This document shows positions 9,162 to 18,138 of a stretch of DNA of 64,000 bases, piece by piece. A model generated the notes under the pieces. The model saw only the letters and a list, made by a program, of their open reading frames with translations, did no database searches and had not been told where the DNA came from. A program made the translations under genes and the position numbers. Every line of letters starts with the position of its first letter. Position 1 is the stretch's first letter. Location: positions 12,805-76,804 of the forward strand of contig DATDFK010000004.1 of NCBI GenBank assembly GCA_036522655.1, written 5' to 3'. Source of the DNA: Pyrinomonadaceae bacterium. Its GTDB lineage: Bacteria; Acidobacteriota; Blastocatellia; Pyrinomonadales; Pyrinomonadaceae.

Positions 9162-9490
9162 GCGCGCTTGAGACTCTGGCTTTGCGACCCCGCATTGCTA
9201 CGGGTGTGCCGTTAATCGGTGATGCCCGCGTCTTACTACAGAAGACGCAGATGAAACGAGAGGCCGAACTTTACGCCCCGCAACTGCGAGCGGGTAATAC
9301 GGAGTCGTGCAGGGGCCCGCCAACATAAGCGGACGCTCTCGTTCGGCTTTCTATCTTTGAGCTTGAAGGTGCTGAGCTGGTGAGACTCTAATCACCAATT
9401 GGGGCAGGAACGGGCATGAACACCCGCAACTTTATTTATAGAGATAATCGTAGGACGTGTCAACATCTTTATTTGAGAGGGCGCGGGCTC

Positions 9491-10072
9491 TCAGTTGAGG
9501 CGCAAGGCGAGCGGCTGGGCCAATTTCTCTACGATGAGGACGAGCCCACCAGGGCTTTCGACCGCTTCCTTGCGCGGCGTCTGGAAAAACATCAGGCCCC
9601 GGCGGCTCTCCGAAGGGGCGAGAGGCGTCGTCAGATCAAGGGCATGGGCGCTCACGCGCTGCTCGAATTCTCTGCGCGAAGAGGGGTTATAGAAGGTCAC
9701 GTCGTTGGCTTCAAGGATGCGCGAGACGGCCTGTTTGGCCGAACGCATTTTCCACTCGCGGCCAGCCGCGTCGCGCAGGAGAAAGCGCGCGCGCTTCAAT
9801 TCAAGCTCTGCGCCGCTTTCGTTTCTGATCTCGACGCGGACGGGCAGGAGCCCGCCAAGCGGAAGGTTGGCTTCAAACAAAGCCTGGCTCTCTTCATCCG
9901 TCAGGAGCGGCACGGCGCGCAAGCTTATTCCGCCGCCGCTCGCCTCACCGGCCCTCTCTGAGATGGGCGCTTCGACGCGCGGGCTCACCTTGTAGAGCGA
10001 GCCGCCGCACGCCGCCAAGAGCAGAAGCGCGGCGCAGACGGCAGGCCATGCGAAGAGCCTTCGCAGATTCAT
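9491..10072 (-). CDS. Lipoprotein of unknown function
   Basis: ORF 9491..10156 trimmed to MNLRRLFAWPAVCAALLLLAACGG (lipobox LAAC). Confidence 0.6.
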   Translation of the reverse strand: MNLRRLFAWPAVCAALLLLAACGGSLYKVSPRVEAPISERAGEASGGGISLRAVPLLTDEESQALFEANLPLGGLLPVRVEIRNESGAELELKRARFLLRDAAGREWKMRSAKQAVSRILEANDVTFYNPSSRREFEQRVSAHALDLTTPLAPSESRRGLMFFQTPRKEAVESPGGLVLIVEKLAQPLALRLN

Positions 10073-10227
10073 TTTTGAGGATCGACTCGGCACGCTTCGG
10101 CACTCTCTCACGCACGGCTCGCGGCTGTCAACAAACGCCGCCTTCCTTGCCCTCAAGGGCGGCTCATGTTACCGTTTCCGCTTTCACTCGCAGCGGGTCA
10201 GCGGTCTTTTTTTTACCCGTCCACATT

Positions 10228-10749
10228 ATGCTCAGACCATTTCGCGGCAAGCATCCGCAGGTTGCGCCGACGGCCTTCATAGAAGAGAGCGCGCAGGTCA
10301 TCGGCGATGTCCACATCGGCGACGAGTCCTCCGTCTGGTTCAACGCGGTCGTGCGCGGGGATGTCTTTCACATACGCATCGGAGACCGCACGAACATACA
10401 GGACGGCACTGTCATTCACGTCTCCAACGGCACGCACGCCACTATCCTCGAAGACGAGGTGACGGTGGGCCATAACGTGACGCTGCACGGTTGCTACATA
10501 GAGCGCGGGTGCCTGGTCGGCATCGGCGCAATCGTGATGGACGGCGTGCGTGTCGGCGCGCAATCGCTCATCGCCGCAGGCTCACTGCTCTCGCCCGGCA
10601 CACAGATTCCGCCGCGCTCGCTCGTCATGGGCCAACCGGCACGGGTCAAGCGCCCTTTGACGGATGAAGAGGTCGCAGGACTGGATCACTACTGGCGCAA
10701 TTACATCGAATATACAAGGATATACAGGGCCGAGAATGTTCGCCCCTAA
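10228..10749 (+). CDS. Gamma-class carbonic anhydrase family / hexapeptide-repeat protein
   Basis: ORF 10048..10749 trimmed to MLRPFRGKHPQVAPTAFIEESAQVIGDVHIGDESSVWFNAVVRGD, typical of the gamma-CA/YrdA family. Confidence 0.8.
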   Translation: MLRPFRGKHPQVAPTAFIEESAQVIGDVHIGDESSVWFNAVVRGDVFHIRIGDRTNIQDGTVIHVSNGTHATILEDEVTVGHNVTLHGCYIERGCLVGIGAIVMDGVRVGAQSLIAAGSLLSPGTQIPPRSLVMGQPARVKRPLTDEEVAGLDHYWRNYIEYTRIYRAENVRP

Positions 10750-10791
10750 GAATGCTCTCGAAGATCAAAGCTTGTAAGGAGACTATAGAGG

Positions 10792-11535
10792 ATGCCCAGT
10801 GCCCTCAGAGTTATCGTCATCTCGATTTTCTTAACCGCCTGCGCGCTCCCGGTGAGCGCGCAGGCAGCCCCCGGCGGCAATCCGGCTGCTCTCAACGCGC
10901 CCGCCCTATCGAGCGATTCGGCGAAGCGTCCGACCGCGACACAGAACGACTCGCCCTACATGCTCAAGCATGGAGACAACGAGTTCGGCTTTTGGGGCGG
11001 CGGCGCGTTTACGGCGACGAGAATCTTCGGCGGGCTCAGGGAAGACGAAGCTCGTGATCGCGGACTCGTGCTCGCGGCCTTTCGTTACGGGCGCACGCTC
11101 GCGGCGAACAGGAACCTTGCCTTGCAGTACACGCTCGACGCCGTTCCGCTCGCGGTTGCGATCGGCAACATCACTGAGAGCACGACCGTCACGACGCCCA
11201 CCGGAACGGTCACGACCTTCCGGCGCGAATCGACATACGGCGCGGGCTTGACGCCCCTTGGCCTGCAACTGGACTTCGCCAACAGCGCGCGCGTCCATCC
11301 CTTTCTGCACGTTAACGGCGGCTTCCTGGTCTTCACCAAGTCCGTCCCTTTGCCTGATGCCGGGAAGTTCGCCTACGTCGGCGAGGCCGGAACGGGCGTG
11401 CGCGTCTTTACGTCCGAGCGCCGCGCCGTGACCTTAGGCGTGAGGTTTCATCATATCTCGAACGGCAATCGCTCGGGCGCGAATCGCGGGCTCAACGAGT
11501 TTGTGCTCTACGCTGGCTTCTCTATTTTCAAGTAA
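10792..11535 (+). CDS. Outer-membrane acyloxyacyl hydrolase, PagL-like lipid A deacylase family
   Basis: Signal peptide. C-terminal RFHHISNG..NRGLNEFVLYAGFSIFK with terminal aromatic residue typical of a beta-barrel. Confidence 0.65.
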   Translation: MPSALRVIVISIFLTACALPVSAQAAPGGNPAALNAPALSSDSAKRPTATQNDSPYMLKHGDNEFGFWGGGAFTATRIFGGLREDEARDRGLVLAAFRYGRTLAANRNLALQYTLDAVPLAVAIGNITESTTVTTPTGTVTTFRRESTYGAGLTPLGLQLDFANSARVHPFLHVNGGFLVFTKSVPLPDAGKFAYVGEAGTGVRVFTSERRAVTLGVRFHHISNGNRSGANRGLNEFVLYAGFSIFK

Positions 11536-12935
11536 TGGCGACGGCTAAAACACAACCGGCGCGCGGGATGCGCGATTTTCTTCCGGCGGACGTACGGCGG
11601 CGCGAGTACGTTATCGGCGTGATCAAAGAGGTCTACGAGCGCTACGGCTTTGAGCCGCTTGAGACTCCGGCGGTCGAGAACATAGAGACGCTCATGGGGA
11701 AGTACGGCGAAGAGGGCAATCAGCTCATCTTCAAAATCCTCAAGCGCGGCGAGCACGAGCGCACGGGCCAGGCAGACCTCGCGCTTCGCTACGATCTGAC
11801 CGTGCCCTTAGCGCGCGTCGTCGCTCAATACAGAAACGAGCTGCCGAAGTTTTTCAAGCGTTACCAGATACAGCCCGTCTGGCGCGCAGACCGCCCGGCC
11901 CGTGGACGCTTCCGCGAGTTTTATCAATGCGACGTGGACGTGCTCGGCTCGCGCTCGATGATCGTCGAAGCGGAGTTATGCGCGGCGGCTGGCGAGGCTC
12001 TCGGCGAATTGGGGTTCAGCAATTTCAGCATTCGTCTCAACCATCGCCTTGCGCTCGCGGGTATTCTCGAAGCGGCGGGCGTCGCTTCCGAGAAGCAGGC
12101 GGATGCGCTCGTCGCGCTGGACAAGCTTGACAAGATCGGGCGCGAAGGCGTCGCACAGGAGTTGGCCGAGCGCGGGGTCGCCGTTGAATCGGCCGATAAG
12201 CTGCTGGGCTTTTTCGAGGCGGTGGCGGCGCTTGAGCATGCCGCGCAGCTTGCGCCGGATGATATTACGTCGAAGGGTGAAGAGGCTTTGAATGCAGCCA
12301 TCCTGGGACGGATGCTGGAATTCGTCGGCGACGAAGAGGCAGGCGCGCGTGGCATAGACGAGTTGCGTTCGATCATCAGTTTTGCCGGTGCCGCAGGCGT
12401 TGGCCCAAAGGTAAAGATCGACCCGAGCCTCGCGCGCGGCCTCTCTTACTACACGGGCGCGATCATGGAAATACGCGTGCCCGATCTGGCGGGGAGCCTC
12501 GGCGGCGGCGGGCGCTACGATAATCTGGTCGGGATGTTTTCGGGGCAGGACGTGCCCGCGTGCGGTTTCTCTCTCGGCCTCGAACGTATTATCGTCGTCA
12601 TGACCGAGCGCGAGATGTTCCCGAGAAATCTGGTCGAAGCTCCGGCCGATGTGATGGTCACGATCTGGGACGAGCCGTCAATCAATGAATCGCTCCGCCT
12701 CGCAAACGAGTTGCGCGGCCTCGGGCTGCGCGTTGATCTTTACACGGAAGCGGACAAGCTCGGTAAACAGTTCAAGTACGCTGCGTCGCGCGGCATAAAT
12801 TTCGTCGCCGTCCTCGGCGATGAAGAGCGCGAGCTTGGAGACGTGACGCTCAAGGACATGCGTACGGGCGAGCAGATGCGCCTGCCGCGCGAGCGCCTGG
12901 CCGAGACCGTTCGCGAAAAGATGAGCGGAGGTTAA
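11535..12935 (+). CDS. hisS: Histidine--tRNA ligase
   Basis: GMRDFLP, RYDLTVPLARVVAQ, GGGRYD motifs. Start overlaps preceding stop (TAATG). Confidence 0.95.
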   Translation: MATAKTQPARGMRDFLPADVRRREYVIGVIKEVYERYGFEPLETPAVENIETLMGKYGEEGNQLIFKILKRGEHERTGQADLALRYDLTVPLARVVAQYRNELPKFFKRYQIQPVWRADRPARGRFREFYQCDVDVLGSRSMIVEAELCAAAGEALGELGFSNFSIRLNHRLALAGILEAAGVASEKQADALVALDKLDKIGREGVAQELAERGVAVESADKLLGFFEAVAALEHAAQLAPDDITSKGEEALNAAILGRMLEFVGDEEAGARGIDELRSIISFAGAAGVGPKVKIDPSLARGLSYYTGAIMEIRVPDLAGSLGGGGRYDNLVGMFSGQDVPACGFSLGLERIIVVMTEREMFPRNLVEAPADVMVTIWDEPSINESLRLANELRGLGLRVDLYTEADKLGKQFKYAASRGINFVAVLGDEERELGDVTLKDMRTGEQMRLPRERLAETVREKMSGG

Positions 12936-12941
12936 GCTTTG

Positions 12942-13565
12942 ATGGACGACACCTTCGGAAGAAACTATCTCGATGATGCGCTTGCGACTTTTCGCGATTA
13001 TAAGCGGCTGGCCGAGAAAGCTTTCGCGCAGGTGAATGACGAAGAGTTTTTCACGACGCTTGATGAAGAGGCCAATAGCATCGGCGTCATCATCAAGCAC
13101 ATGGCCGGTAATATGATCTCGCGCTGGACGGATTTTCTGAACAGCGACGGAGAGAAGCCAGACCGTAACCGCGATATGGAGTTCGTGCTTACGAGGGATG
13201 CGACGAGAGACGATTTGATCTCGCTCTGGGAGCGCGGCTGGGCACAGGTCTTCGAGGCCGTAGAGCCTTTGCAGCCGACAGACCTCGCGCGCACCGTTCA
13301 CATTCGCGGCAAGGCGCATACGGTCGTCGAGGCGATCAATCGCCAGTTGACGCATTACGCTTATCACACGGGCCAGATCGTCTTTTTAGCCAAGCACCTG
13401 CGCTCAAGCGAGTGGCAGAGCCTGAGCATTCCGCGCAACCGGAGCGCGCAGTTCAACGCCTACCTGGCGCAATCCGCGCCCGCAGGCACGGACGATTCCA
13501 CAAGGCGCAGCCGCTTTGACGAGCCGCAGGATTTCATACTCGATTCTGAAAACGAGAGACAGTAG
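12942..13565 (+). CDS. DinB/YfiT-like (DUF1572-type) protein
   Basis: ATG at 12942 with GGAGG 11 nt upstream. Four-helix-bundle-like sequence with HYAYHTGQIVFLAKHL. Confidence 0.65.
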   Translation: MDDTFGRNYLDDALATFRDYKRLAEKAFAQVNDEEFFTTLDEEANSIGVIIKHMAGNMISRWTDFLNSDGEKPDRNRDMEFVLTRDATRDDLISLWERGWAQVFEAVEPLQPTDLARTVHIRGKAHTVVEAINRQLTHYAYHTGQIVFLAKHLRSSEWQSLSIPRNRSAQFNAYLAQSAPAGTDDSTRRSRFDEPQDFILDSENERQ

Positions 13566-13570
13566 TAAAC

Positions 13571-15382
13571 ATGCTTGATGATTTAGGAAACCGCGAACGC
13601 ACACACTCCTGTGGGGCGCTGCGTGCAAGTGATGTCGGCAAGACCGTGACGCTGATGGGCTGGGTCGCCCGCCGCAGAGACTTCGGCCCGTTGACCTTCA
13701 TCGACCTGCGCGACCGCGACGGTATTACACAGGTCGTCGTCAATGAAGAGAATGCCCCTGAAGCACACGCCCGCGCCAAGACGACGCGCGGCGAGTACGT
13801 CATCAGTGTGACGGGCGAAGTAGTCCTGCGCGAAGAGGGACAGCGCAACCCGAAGATAGCAACGGGCGAAGTCGAAGTGAAAGCGCACGAGCTTCTGATT
13901 CTCAATGACGCGCGCACACCTCCGTTTCAGCTTGAGGTCGCTTCCTCGGACGCCTTAGCGAGCGAAGACCTGCGCCTGAAGTATCGCTATCTAGACCTCA
14001 GACGCCCGCAGCTTCAGGCCAATCTCAGATTGCGCCATCGCGTCGTCGCGGAAATCCGCCGCTACATGGACGAGCAAACTTTTACAGAGATCGAGACGCC
14101 TATCCTGATCAAGTCAACGCCCGAAGGCGCGCGCGATTACATCGTGCCGTCGCGCATACAGCCAGGCAAGTTCTACGCGCTGCCGCAATCGCCGCAGCTC
14201 TTCAAACAACTGTGCATGATCGCCGGATTGGACAAGTATTACCAGATCGCGCGCTGCTTTCGTGATGAAGACCTGCGGGCAGACCGCCAGCCGGAGTTCA
14301 CGCAGTTGGACGTTGAGCTGAGCTTCGCGTCGCCCGAGATCGTCTACAAGCTGGTCGAAGGACTGTTCGCCCGCGTCTTCAAGTTGATTGACGTAGAACT
14401 GCCCGTGCCCTTTCCGCGCCTGACCTATCGTGAAGCGATGCGGCGCTACGGCTCGGACAAGCCAGACCTACGCTTCGAGATGGAGTTGCAAGACCTGACC
14501 GGCGCGTTTGCGGAAACGACGTTCGCGCCGTTCGCCTCCGTCATCGAAAAGAAGGGAGAGATCAAGGGGATCGTCGCGCCCGGCGGTGCTGCGCTCTCGC
14601 GTAAGGCCCTGGACGAATTGCAGGAGTTCGTCAAGCGTTACGGCGCGAGCGCCCTGTCATGGATCAAGCTCGGCGACGAGGTTTCGTCTTCACTCTTGAA
14701 GGCGCTCGGCCAGGAGACGATCGAGCGCGTCGCTTCTCAGGCGGGAGCGCGCAAGGGCGAAGCCGTGCTGATCGTGGCGGGCAGGGCGAAGGTCGTCGGA
14801 CAGGCGTTAGGCGCTCTGCGTAATGAGCTGGCGCGTCGTGAAAAGCTGATCGCGGAAAAGGCTTACAGGCCGCTCTGGGTGACGGAGTTTCCGATGTTCG
14901 AGTTTAACGAAGACGACGGGCGCTATTACGCCATGCATCATCCGTTCACTTCGCCGCTCGACGAAGATTTGCCTTACCTGCGGCGCGCGCTCGAAGATGG
15001 CGAGATGGAACTGCTGGGACGCATGCGCGCCAAGGCTTATGACACGGTGGTCAACGGCGTGGAGGCGGCGGGCGGCTCGATTCGTATACACCAGCGCGAC
15101 GTGCAAGCGCTGGTCTTCAAGGCTCTCGGCCTGACACAGGAAAAAGCGCGCGAGCGTTTCGGGTTCTTTCTGGACGCGCTCGAATACGGCACGCCGCCGC
15201 ACGGCGGCATCGCCTCCGGCATCGAACGCCTACTGATGTCCATGACCGGCATCGAGAATATCCGCGAGCTGATGGCGTTTCCCAAAACCGCTTCGGCAGC
15301 CGACCTGATGATCGACGCGCCCGGCGAGGTTGACGCGCGACAGTTGGAAGAACTGAAACTTATCATTAAGACGGAAGGATGA
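13571..15382 (+). CDS. aspS: Aspartate--tRNA ligase
   Basis: Anticodon-binding N-domain (FIDLRDRDGITQVVV), class II motifs (FRDEDLRADRQPEFTQLD, GGSIRIH). Confidence 0.95.
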   Translation: MLDDLGNRERTHSCGALRASDVGKTVTLMGWVARRRDFGPLTFIDLRDRDGITQVVVNEENAPEAHARAKTTRGEYVISVTGEVVLREEGQRNPKIATGEVEVKAHELLILNDARTPPFQLEVASSDALASEDLRLKYRYLDLRRPQLQANLRLRHRVVAEIRRYMDEQTFTEIETPILIKSTPEGARDYIVPSRIQPGKFYALPQSPQLFKQLCMIAGLDKYYQIARCFRDEDLRADRQPEFTQLDVELSFASPEIVYKLVEGLFARVFKLIDVELPVPFPRLTYREAMRRYGSDKPDLRFEMELQDLTGAFAETTFAPFASVIEKKGEIKGIVAPGGAALSRKALDELQEFVKRYGASALSWIKLGDEVSSSLLKALGQETIERVASQAGARKGEAVLIVAGRAKVVGQALGALRNELARREKLIAEKAYRPLWVTEFPMFEFNEDDGRYYAMHHPFTSPLDEDLPYLRRALEDGEMELLGRMRAKAYDTVVNGVEAAGGSIRIHQRDVQALVFKALGLTQEKARERFGFFLDALEYGTPPHGGIASGIERLLMSMTGIENIRELMAFPKTASAADLMIDAPGEVDARQLEELKLIIKTEG

Positions 15383-15482
15383 AAGTGATTTGAAATCTTG
15401 CATCTCAGATTTGAAAAGTGCTCTGAAATATTGAATCTCAGATTTGAAAAGTGATTTGAGATATTGAATCTCAGATTTGAGA
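15383..15482. repeat. AT-rich tandem repeat, 3 copies of a 33-bp unit (TGATTTGAAATCTTGCATCTCAGATTTGAAAAG-like), followed by partial TTCATCC arm
   Basis: Direct reading of sequence immediately after aspS stop. Confidence 0.7.
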
Positions 15483-15532
15483 TGCCTTTCCTTCATCCTT
15501 CATCATTGCTCTTATAAGGAGAGATTCAAACA

Positions 15533-16720
15533 GTGGACGAATTATTGACGAAAGAAAATCTTGAGTACCGTGCGATGGCGCGCGAGATAGCGGACAAGTT
15601 TGTGCGGCCCGTGGCGGCTGAGCTTGATCGCACGGCCGAGTATCCGTGGTCTGTCGTGCGCGCTTTGCAGGACGCGGGTTTGATGGGCGTCTGGATTCCC
15701 AGGGAATATGGCGGGCGCGGCGGCGGCGTGATGAACCTGTGTTTGGTCGTCGAAGAGTTGTCGAAAGCCTGCGGGGGCGTCGGCGTCACTTACGCGGTCA
15801 ATGCGCTGGCGTCGTTTCCCATCCTCGTCGGCGGTACGGAAGAGCAGAAGCAGAAATACCTGCCGGACGTAGCACAGGGGAAAACCCTGATGGCCTTCGG
15901 GCTCTCTGAGAAGGAAGCTGGCTCAGATGCCGGTGGCCTCAAGGCGCGCGCAGAGTTGCGCGACGGCTTCTACGTCCTCAACGGCGATAAGAAGTGGAAC
16001 ACGAACGGCAACGCCGCGACGCTCTATTCGATCTTCTGTTCGACCAATCCAGACAGGGGCGGGCGCGGCGTCTCCGCCCTGCTCGTCGAGAAGGGAACCG
16101 AGGGCTTCGAGATAGGCAAGAAGGAAGACCTCATGGGCATACGCTGCGTCCCCGTCCACGAGCTGCATTTCCGCGATTGCCATGTGCCCGCAGAGAATCT
16201 TCTCGGAGGCAAAGAGGGGCACGGCTTCAAGCACGCGATGATGACGCTCGACCTCGCGCGTCCGGGCGTGGCGGCGCAGGCGCTGGGGTTGGCCCAGGGC
16301 GCGCTCGATCTGGCCGTCGGCTACACGATGAAGCGCGAGCAGTTCGGTCAATCGGTCGCTTCGTTCCAGGGCATACAGTGGATGCTCGCAGACATGGCGA
16401 CCAAGATCGAAGCGGCGCGGCAACTCGTCTATGCTTCGGCGCGTGCGATCGACGCGGGCGCGAAGAACGTCTCGAAGATGGCGGCGATGGGCAAGGTCTT
16501 CGCCACCGACGTTGCGATGAGCGTGACGACCGATGCCGTACAGCTTTTCGGCGGCTACGGCTACTGCAAGGATTACCCGATCGAAAAATATATGCGCGAC
16601 GCCAAGATCACGCAGATTTACGAAGGCACGAATCAGATTCAACGCCTCGTCATCGGTCGCAGCCTGATCAAAGAGGCCGCCGCCGGACAACCCCAGGCGA
16701 AGGCTGCGGCCGAAGCATGA
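15533..16720 (+). CDS. Acyl-CoA dehydrogenase
   Basis: GTG start with AAGGAGAG ribosome-binding site. ACAD signatures (WITNG-like WNTNG, QLFGGYGY, EGTNQIQR). Confidence 0.9.
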   Translation: MDELLTKENLEYRAMAREIADKFVRPVAAELDRTAEYPWSVVRALQDAGLMGVWIPREYGGRGGGVMNLCLVVEELSKACGGVGVTYAVNALASFPILVGGTEEQKQKYLPDVAQGKTLMAFGLSEKEAGSDAGGLKARAELRDGFYVLNGDKKWNTNGNAATLYSIFCSTNPDRGGRGVSALLVEKGTEGFEIGKKEDLMGIRCVPVHELHFRDCHVPAENLLGGKEGHGFKHAMMTLDLARPGVAAQALGLAQGALDLAVGYTMKREQFGQSVASFQGIQWMLADMATKIEAARQLVYASARAIDAGAKNVSKMAAMGKVFATDVAMSVTTDAVQLFGGYGYCKDYPIEKYMRDAKITQIYEGTNQIQRLVIGRSLIKEAAAGQPQAKAAAEA

Positions 16721-16723
16721 AAC

Positions 16724-16838
16724 GATTTTGGATTTTAGATTCTAGATTTTGGATTGGCGAGCAAGGGAGCTTGAAAGCCTCGTTTCCAGGATTCAGGACG
16801 GCGGGAGGCGTTAATCCAGAATCTAAAATCCAAAATTG
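16724..16838. repeat. AT-rich inverted repeat (arms about 23-30 bp GATTTTGGATTTTAGATTCTAGATTTTGGATT / AATCCAGAATCTAAAATCCAAAATT, about 50-bp GC-rich spacer)
   Basis: Seen directly between acyl-CoA dehydrogenase stop and next gene start. Possible terminator or regulatory hairpin. Confidence 0.6.
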
Positions 16839-16846
16839 AAAACGGT

Positions 16847-17266
16847 ATGATTACGCTCCTGCGCGCACACGTGATGGAGATGTACGCGCACGCACTTGAG
16901 GCTGCGCCGGATGAGTGCTGCGGGCTGATCGGCGGCGCAAGCGAGACGGCGCGGGCGCAGACGGTTTATCGCCTGCGTAATCTGGCAAGGGATGCGCGCG
17001 TCGCTTACGAGGCTGCGCCCGAAGAGTTGTTCGCCGCACAGCGCAGTATGCGCCAGCGCGGCGAGCAACTGCTGGCCATCTATCACTCACACCCGCGCTC
17101 GCCTCAACCCGTGCCCTCCGAGACGGATGTGCGGCTAGCCTATTATCCGGCGGCGATTTACTTTATTATTGGCTTAAGCGGAACCGAAGCCTCGCTCGGC
17201 GCTTTCAGGCTCTCCGAGCGCAAAGGTGAGTGGGAGCGAGCCGAGTACGCTATCAGCGAGTCATGA
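16847..17266 (+). CDS. Mov34/MPN/JAMM-family metalloprotein
   Basis: JAMM motif IYHSHPRSPQPVPSETD (HxHx7Sx2D). Confidence 0.75.
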   Translation: MITLLRAHVMEMYAHALEAAPDECCGLIGGASETARAQTVYRLRNLARDARVAYEAAPEELFAAQRSMRQRGEQLLAIYHSHPRSPQPVPSETDVRLAYYPAAIYFIIGLSGTEASLGAFRLSERKGEWERAEYAISES

Positions 17267-17309
17267 GAATCGGCGAACTAAAGTTGCTCACGCTTCGTAG
17301 AAAGAGTTT

Positions 17310-18038
17310 GTGATGGCCGAAAAGAGCAAGTACGACACCAACCCTCTAGACCCTGACTACGGGCGGCGCGCCGAAGATGTCTGGGGCGCAAAGCGCGTCG
17401 ATAATAGCAGCGGTGCGTCTGCGACCGAAGACATCAGCGGCGCAACGCGCGAGATGGGGCGCACGCCGAACGAGCAGGCGCGCAGGGACGAGAAGGCGGA
17501 AGCTCCGACGCGTCGTTACGATCAGCCGCTTTCTACCTCTTACCCGTCCGTCTTCATTCCGCCGCCCGCGCATCCACCCGCCGCTTACGGCGCGACGGCT
17601 CCCGCCGCCCCCGCCGCCGCCACGATGGCGCAGCCGCCCACATCGCGCACAGTGCGCGGCATCAACATGCCGGAAAACGTCACGATGGTGCTGCCCTACG
17701 TCCCCTTTTACATCGGCGCGATCGTCGCCGCCGCCGAGCTATACCTCGTGCCGCGCAACGAAGTCCGCACGCGCTTTCATGCGGCGCAGGGGCTCGCGCT
17801 GCACATGGTCATCCTCGTCATAGGCTTTCTGTTCAGCTTCGCAGGCAGGCTCGTCAGCAGTACGCTCGGCGGCGTCGCTGCCGTCCTGATCGGTATCGCC
17901 TCCGCGATCTTCGGTGTCGCAGCCATCGTCTTCCTGATCATCTCTATCATCCGCGTCTGGAAAGGCGAAGAGCATCACATCGCCGCGCTAGATGATGCGA
18001 CGCGCTGGCTCAACGAGAAGATCGAGCCTCGCCGGTAG
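17310..18038 (+). CDS. Membrane protein of unknown function (Pro/Ala-rich linker, C-terminal multi-pass hydrophobic domain)
   Basis: C-terminal TM segments VLPYVPFYIGAIVAAAELYLV, LALHMVILVIGFLFSF, AIFGVAAIVFLIISII. Confidence 0.55.
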   Translation: MMAEKSKYDTNPLDPDYGRRAEDVWGAKRVDNSSGASATEDISGATREMGRTPNEQARRDEKAEAPTRRYDQPLSTSYPSVFIPPPAHPPAAYGATAPAAPAAATMAQPPTSRTVRGINMPENVTMVLPYVPFYIGAIVAAAELYLVPRNEVRTRFHAAQGLALHMVILVIGFLFSFAGRLVSSTLGGVAAVLIGIASAIFGVAAIVFLIISIIRVWKGEEHHIAALDDATRWLNEKIEPRR

Positions 18039-18138
18039 AGAGCGCGCCGCCCGTCACGCTTCTGTGTTAAGCTCTACAACGGTCTCCCTCTAAGAACTTT
18101 CCCCTGACTTTCGATTCCGCAGCGAGGCTCATAGCTTG

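Noticed and set aside
10160-10227. T-run (GGTCTTTTTTTTACC) suggesting a terminator
   Set aside because: Lies in a divergent promoter region upstream of both flanking genes (lipoprotein on minus, gamma-CA on plus). No convincing stem precedes it for either strand.
12678-13367. 229-aa minus-strand ORF
   Set aside because: Antisense across the hisS 3-prime end and the DUF1572-like gene, both of which have recognisable family sequence.
15923-16690. 255-aa minus-strand ORF and 15994..16839 plus ORF
   Set aside because: Overlap the acyl-CoA dehydrogenase gene in other frames or on the other strand. Arg-rich, no motifs.
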